A stretch of 64,000 bases of DNA, taken from Bacteroidales bacterium. Its GTDB lineage: Bacteria; Bacteroidota; Bacteroidia; Bacteroidales; Tenuifilaceae. Position 1 is the first letter of the stretch, and each line of letters starts with the position of its first letter. A program made the position numbers and the translations under genes. The DNA is taken from NCBI GenBank assembly GCA_016931855.1, contig JAFGDZ010000026.1:31472-95471 (forward strand). Reading direction: 5' to 3'. The notes below the pieces were generated by a model, which was not told where the DNA came from, made no database searches, and worked only from the letters and a program-made list of their open reading frames with translations. Positions 59,517 through 64,000 of this stretch are shown here, piece after piece.

Positions 59517-62500
59517 ATGAGTGAAGAGATTCTGAAAGCGTTAATGCAGCTTTTTGCTATTATCGCTAAGCAAGACGAAGGTGTTGAATCAAATGAGCGC
59601 GACTACGTTGTTAACTTCCTCACTCAACAGCTAAACGATGAGGCCGTTAAGGAATACATCACCCTTTTTGATGAACATGCAGGGCTAAACGAGAAGGAAG
59701 AGGAGGAAGAGAGAGACGGCAAACCCAAAAAGCGCAAGCTGACCTCGGTAAAGGACTCGGTAAGGATACTTGGTATTTGCAAGAAGATTAACAAGACCCT
59801 TACCCAGAAGCAAAAGGTTGTTGTTCTAGTTCGCCTTTTTGAACTGGTTAATGCCGATCGGAAATTTACCGATCAGCGCATGGCCATTATCAACACGGTA
59901 GCAGAGGTTTTTAAGCTCTCCAAAGAGGAGTTTACCGATATTGAAACCTTTGTAATTAACAACGACCCCCAAACCCTGGACTATGCAAGCATTCTCGCCA
60001 TCCATGACAAGCCCGAAAAAGGAGAGAACTGTAAGCATATCCCAACCGAAGCGCTTGATGGTTATATCTACATACTCCAAATAAAGAGCGAAGATTTATA
60101 CTTCCTCCGTTACGTTGGGAATGAAGATGTTTTCCTAAATGGACTGCCCATAAACAACAAAAGAATTTACCTGTTTGCCAACGGCAGTTCCATTAAGCTG
60201 CCTAAGGGCAAACCCATTTACTATACCGACGTAGTTGCTCACTACCTTGCCGACACCAACGCTACCAGAATATCGTACCAAGTAGAAAACCTTGGCTTCA
60301 CATTTAAAACTGGGGGAATTGGGCTAAGAGACATTTCCTTTTCCGAAGGGCACGGCAAGCTTATTGGCATTATGGGTGCCAGTGGAGCCGGAAAAACCAC
60401 ATTGCTAAACGTTCTGGCAGGCATAGAAAGCCCCACAAGCGGCAAAGTGCTGATAAATGGTATAGACCTCCATTCCGAAAAAGATCAACTGGAAGGGGTT
60501 ATTGGGGTTATTCCTCAAGACGACCTTCTTATTGAGGAGCTTACCGTTTTTGAGAACCTTTACTATAACGCAAAACTTTGCTTTAAGGATAAATCGGAAG
60601 AGGAGCTAACCCAACTTGTACATAAAACGCTGAGCAACCTTGGACTTTTTGAGCGCAAAGACCTTAAGGTTGGTTCGCCCCTAAACAAAATGATATCGGG
60701 CGGGCAGCGCAAAAGGCTAAACATCGCCCTTGAGCTTATAAGGGAACCATCCATCCTGTTTGTAGACGAGCCAACATCGGGGCTTTCATCAAGAGACTCC
60801 GAGAATGTGATGGATCTACTACGCGAGCTTACCCAAAAAGGCAAGCTCATTTACGTTGTTATTCACCAGCCATCATCGGACATATACAAGATGTTCGATA
60901 ACATGATGATCCTAGATACTGGTGGCTACATGATTTACTACGGCAACCCAGTTGAAGCGGTTATGTACTTTAAGCGCCTCGACATGCAGATTAACAGCGA
61001 TGTTGGAGAGTGCCCCACCTGTGGTAACGTTAACCCAGAGCTCATATTCAACATCATTGAAGCAAAGGTTGTTGATGAGTTTGGCCAGTACACCCCCATA
61101 AGAAAAGTATCTCCACCTAAATGGGGCGAGTACTTTACGGAGAACATCAAAATTAAGAAAGTTGAAACCGAAGAGGTTAAGCCACCAAAATCGCTTAACA
61201 TCCCATCAAGGCTTAGCCAATTCCTTATTTATACTACCCGCGATTTTCTCTCCAAAATAAGCAATAGCCAGTACATTGCGCTAAACTTACTGGAAACGCC
61301 TGTATTGGCATTCATCCTAGCATATGTAATTAGGTATATTGCCGACCCAAACTCCAGCATTTACATATTTAGGGAAAACGAGAATATCCCCATTTACATA
61401 TTCATGTCGCTAATTGTAGCCCTATTCATAGGATTAACCGTTAGCGCCGAAGAAATTTTTAGGGACAGAAAAATTCTTAAGCGAGAATCGTTCTTAAACC
61501 TGAGCCGGACTAGCTATCTATTCTCCAAAATATCAATTCTACTAAGCCTTTCGGCTATCCAATCCATATCGTTTGTACTAATTGCCAACTCCATTCTGGC
61601 AATAAACGGAATGTACTTTGAGTACTGGCTAGTGCTATTCTCCACAGCCATATTCGCCAATATGCTTGGGCTTAATATCTCGGCAACATTCAACTCTGCC
61701 GTAACCATATACATCGTAATCCCCCTTATAATGATCCCCATGATGGTTCTTTCTGGAGCCATGTTCAGCTTTGACAAGCTAAACCGAAGCGTTGGCAGCA
61801 TAAGTAAAGTACCTCTTATTGCTGAGTTTATGGTAACCAAATGGGGATACGAGGCACTTATTGTGCATCAGTTTAAGGATAATGCCTTTCAGAAAAACTT
61901 CTACGATATAGAGAAAGTTGAACGCAACGCCAACTACAAAACAGTTTACTATATACCTGAGCTAACCAAAAGAGCAGAACAGAGCATTTCGTTACTCGAC
62001 AAGAAGGACGACCCAAAGGCAATGGCCCAGCTAACCGACAACCTAGCCGTGCTCCGTAAAGCGATGTTTACCGAAACCAACTACATGGCACCAGCCATAC
62101 CCTATAACTACCTAAATAACCTAACCGTTAACGACTTTAACGAAGAGGCGGGATTTGCCACGCTTGACTACCTTAACGAACTTAACAAGCACTACAACGC
62201 AATATTTGGAACGGCAAACCAGAGAAAAGACCGAATTATTAACCACCTTGTTAGCACAAATGCCGAGCTCTACGAGGCAAAGAAAAGAGCGTACCACAAT
62301 GAATCCGTAGCCGATTTGGTGCTAAAAACCTTTGAGAAGAACAAAATTCTCCAGTATAAGGACGAGCTAGTTCAACAATACGATCCAATATACAGAGATC
62401 CAATACCGAATCACGCACTAGATTTTAGATCGCACTTCCTAGCTCCCAGAAAGCATTTTATGGGTAACTACTACGACACATTCTGGTTCAACGTACTGAT

Positions 62501-62606
62501 TATTTGGATTATGACCATAATCCTATATATTACACTATACTTTGAGATGCTTAAACGTTTGTTAGATCTATTTGCCAAAATTAAACTACCTACAGCATCA
62601 AAATAA
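59517..62606 (+). CDS. fused TerB-like / FHA-like / ABC ATPase / ABC-2 permease (ABCG-type half transporter)
   Basis: Two TerB-like helical repeats at the N-terminus. FHA-like segment (YFLRYVGNEDVFLNGLPINNKRIYLFANGSSIKL). Walker A GASGAGKTT, signature SGGQRKR, Walker B ILFVDEPTSGL. Six TM helices at the C-terminus. Confidence 0.8.
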   Translation: MSEEILKALMQLFAIIAKQDEGVESNERDYVVNFLTQQLNDEAVKEYITLFDEHAGLNEKEEEEERDGKPKKRKLTSVKDSVRILGICKKINKTLTQKQKVVVLVRLFELVNADRKFTDQRMAIINTVAEVFKLSKEEFTDIETFVINNDPQTLDYASILAIHDKPEKGENCKHIPTEALDGYIYILQIKSEDLYFLRYVGNEDVFLNGLPINNKRIYLFANGSSIKLPKGKPIYYTDVVAHYLADTNATRISYQVENLGFTFKTGGIGLRDISFSEGHGKLIGIMGASGAGKTTLLNVLAGIESPTSGKVLINGIDLHSEKDQLEGVIGVIPQDDLLIEELTVFENLYYNAKLCFKDKSEEELTQLVHKTLSNLGLFERKDLKVGSPLNKMISGGQRKRLNIALELIREPSILFVDEPTSGLSSRDSENVMDLLRELTQKGKLIYVVIHQPSSDIYKMFDNMMILDTGGYMIYYGNPVEAVMYFKRLDMQINSDVGECPTCGNVNPELIFNIIEAKVVDEFGQYTPIRKVSPPKWGEYFTENIKIKKVETEEVKPPKSLNIPSRLSQFLIYTTRDFLSKISNSQYIALNLLETPVLAFILAYVIRYIADPNSSIYIFRENENIPIYIFMSLIVALFIGLTVSAEEIFRDRKILKRESFLNLSRTSYLFSKISILLSLSAIQSISFVLIANSILAINGMYFEYWLVLFSTAIFANMLGLNISATFNSAVTIYIVIPLIMIPMMVLSGAMFSFDKLNRSVGSISKVPLIAEFMVTKWGYEALIVHQFKDNAFQKNFYDIEKVERNANYKTVYYIPELTKRAEQSISLLDKKDDPKAMAQLTDNLAVLRKAMFTETNYMAPAIPYNYLNNLTVNDFNEEAGFATLDYLNELNKHYNAIFGTANQRKDRIINHLVSTNAELYEAKKRAYHNESVADLVLKTFEKNKILQYKDELVQQYDPIYRDPIPNHALDFRSHFLAPRKHFMGNYYDTFWFNVLIIWIMTIILYITLYFEMLKRLLDLFAKIKLPTASK

Positions 62607-62667
62607 ATATTTTTCCTATCTTTACTTGGTAAGGATTAAGTAAAACCTATAAATACCTGGCTGCGTT

Positions 62668-63576
62668 ATGAGCAGAAATATTGCCATTACCCTAGCGTTT
62701 CTATTGCTATTTACATCATGTCGGTTTTTTGAGTCTGACAAAACAAGCGATGAGTTTGATATACCAGACTCACTCCTAATAGACGAGCAACCCCTTGCCG
62801 TTTCGGCAGATATTGTTGACGATATGGTTCAAAACATATCCTCAACAGTGGAAACTGCGGCTATTATAAAAAGTCTTAAAATCCCTTTCAAAAAGGATTA
62901 CCTAGCAGAGACTAGATACTCCGACCAGTTTAACACCAACTTTAGGAAGGCATTAGGCTTAGGCATCTATGGAGCCGACCTAGGCTACCTAAACATGTAC
63001 GAAAAAACATCAATGGTTGTGGACTACATCTCAACCATTAAATCGTTAGCCGATGGCATACAGGTGGGGCAATTCTTTGACTTTTCCACGCTAAAAAGAC
63101 TTGCAACCAACAACGAGAACCTAGATTCGTTAGTTTTTATTTCTCAACAAAGCTTTAATCGTATAGACACATACCTCAGAGAAACAAACAGATCCAGTCT
63201 TAGCGTAGTAATTGTTACAGGAGTTTGGATAGAAGGATTGTATCTTTCGACAAGAGTGGCACAAGATGTGTATAATGAAAAGATAAATGAAACAATTGGG
63301 GAGCAAAAGGTAATTATTTCAACCCTGTTGTTACTACTGAACAACTACAAGGCCGATCCGAACATTAAAGCGCTTGTTGCCGATTTGGAGGAGATTAAAG
63401 TTCTTTACGATCAAGTTAGAATTACCATTGAGGTTGGAGAAACGGTTCCTATCGAGAAAGATGGTGTACTAACGTACCAACAAAACGATGTACAAACGAT
63501 TCACATGTCGGACGAGCTCTTAAAGCAAATTGTAGAAAAGGTTCAGAGCGTGAGAAATCGAATTATTAAAGGCTAA
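62668..63576 (+). CDS. hypothetical lipoprotein
   Basis: Lipobox LLLFTSC. No recognised family. Confidence 0.45.
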   Translation: MSRNIAITLAFLLLFTSCRFFESDKTSDEFDIPDSLLIDEQPLAVSADIVDDMVQNISSTVETAAIIKSLKIPFKKDYLAETRYSDQFNTNFRKALGLGIYGADLGYLNMYEKTSMVVDYISTIKSLADGIQVGQFFDFSTLKRLATNNENLDSLVFISQQSFNRIDTYLRETNRSSLSVVIVTGVWIEGLYLSTRVAQDVYNEKINETIGEQKVIISTLLLLLNNYKADPNIKALVADLEEIKVLYDQVRITIEVGETVPIEKDGVLTYQQNDVQTIHMSDELLKQIVEKVQSVRNRIIKG

Positions 63577-63596
63577 CTAGAGAAATTATTGCGGTT

Positions 63597-64000
63597 ATGA
63601 GAAATACTATTCTAATACTTCTAACATCCTTTTTCCTAGTAAATTTTACAGGAAAAGCGTTTGCTCAAACCGAAGACGAGCTTATTGAAATCTGTGGAAT
63701 GGTTGCCAAAGAGGCCACCTACCTCAAAGACTTTAAAATTAGGTTAGACGCAGGAGACCCGCCTCCAACTCAACGTTTTTCAGTTATTCTAAAGAAAGAC
63801 ATTAAGTACCGCTTTTCGGTTTGTAACTCTAAGGACTTTGAAGGAAAGGTTGTGCTGCAGCTATTCGACAACAACCGCTTGCTAGCCACCACTCATGTTA
63901 TTGCTACAGGCAAGGACTACCCTTCAATAGATTTTAACTGCCAAAAAACGGGAGCCTATCACCTATTCTTCCAGTTTAAAGATGGGAAGGCAGGTTTAGC
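63597..64000 (+). CDS. hypothetical secreted protein (partial; the 3' end runs off the window)
   Basis: ATG at 63597 and signal peptide MRNTILILLTSFFLVNFTGKAFAQ. The ORF continues to the window end. Confidence 0.4.
   Translation, partial: MRNTILILLTSFFLVNFTGKAFAQTEDELIEICGMVAKEATYLKDFKIRLDAGDPPPTQRFSVILKKDIKYRFSVCNSKDFEGKVVLQLFDNNRLLATTHVIATGKDYPSIDFNCQKTGAYHLFFQFKDGKAGL

Overview
This window looks like a Bacteroidota chromosomal segment: there are no Shine-Dalgarno-dependent starts, and it carries T9SS type-B C-terminal domains, a PorP/SprF gene, TonB/TBDR genes and B12 riboswitches. It mixes housekeeping genes (hflX, asd, punA, lpxK, sppA, folK, upp, radC, rpsT, mpl, purQ, four tRNAs) with three accessory blocks. 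Block 1 (1-5620) is two tandem cobalamin-riboswitch-controlled units, each pairing a TonB-dependent receptor with a CbiK-family chelatase paralog. Block 2 (25128-40593) is a giant SprB-like T9SS type-B adhesin gene of about 4839 aa with its sprF-like partner; the adhesin carries near-identical 288-bp tandem repeats. The block sits between an NfeD/YqiJ-like gene and a flotillin gene that are normally neighbours. A separate 1892-aa lamin-tail-domain protein (9289-14967) also ends in a type-B sorting domain. Block 3 (50404-62606) is the most interesting: a tightly packed 9-gene plus-strand cluster. It encodes CheR, a degenerate CheR, and a receiver-less CheB. It also encodes three GAF sensors, two of which carry MCP-type methylation heptads (EEM[QR]AT[QH]EE) between GAF and PAS domains. 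One of those sensors ends in a PP2C/SpoIIE phosphatase. The cluster further encodes a GHKL anti-sigma-like kinase, a DUF1987 (SiaC-like) protein and a TerB-FHA-ABC(G) fusion transporter. Together this reads as a CheA/CheW/CheY-independent, methylation-adapted Ser/Thr partner-switch signalling system that to my knowledge is not described. There is also a roughly 530-bp tandem duplication of rpsT plus tRNA-Glu. No transposases, integrases or CRISPR arrays were seen.
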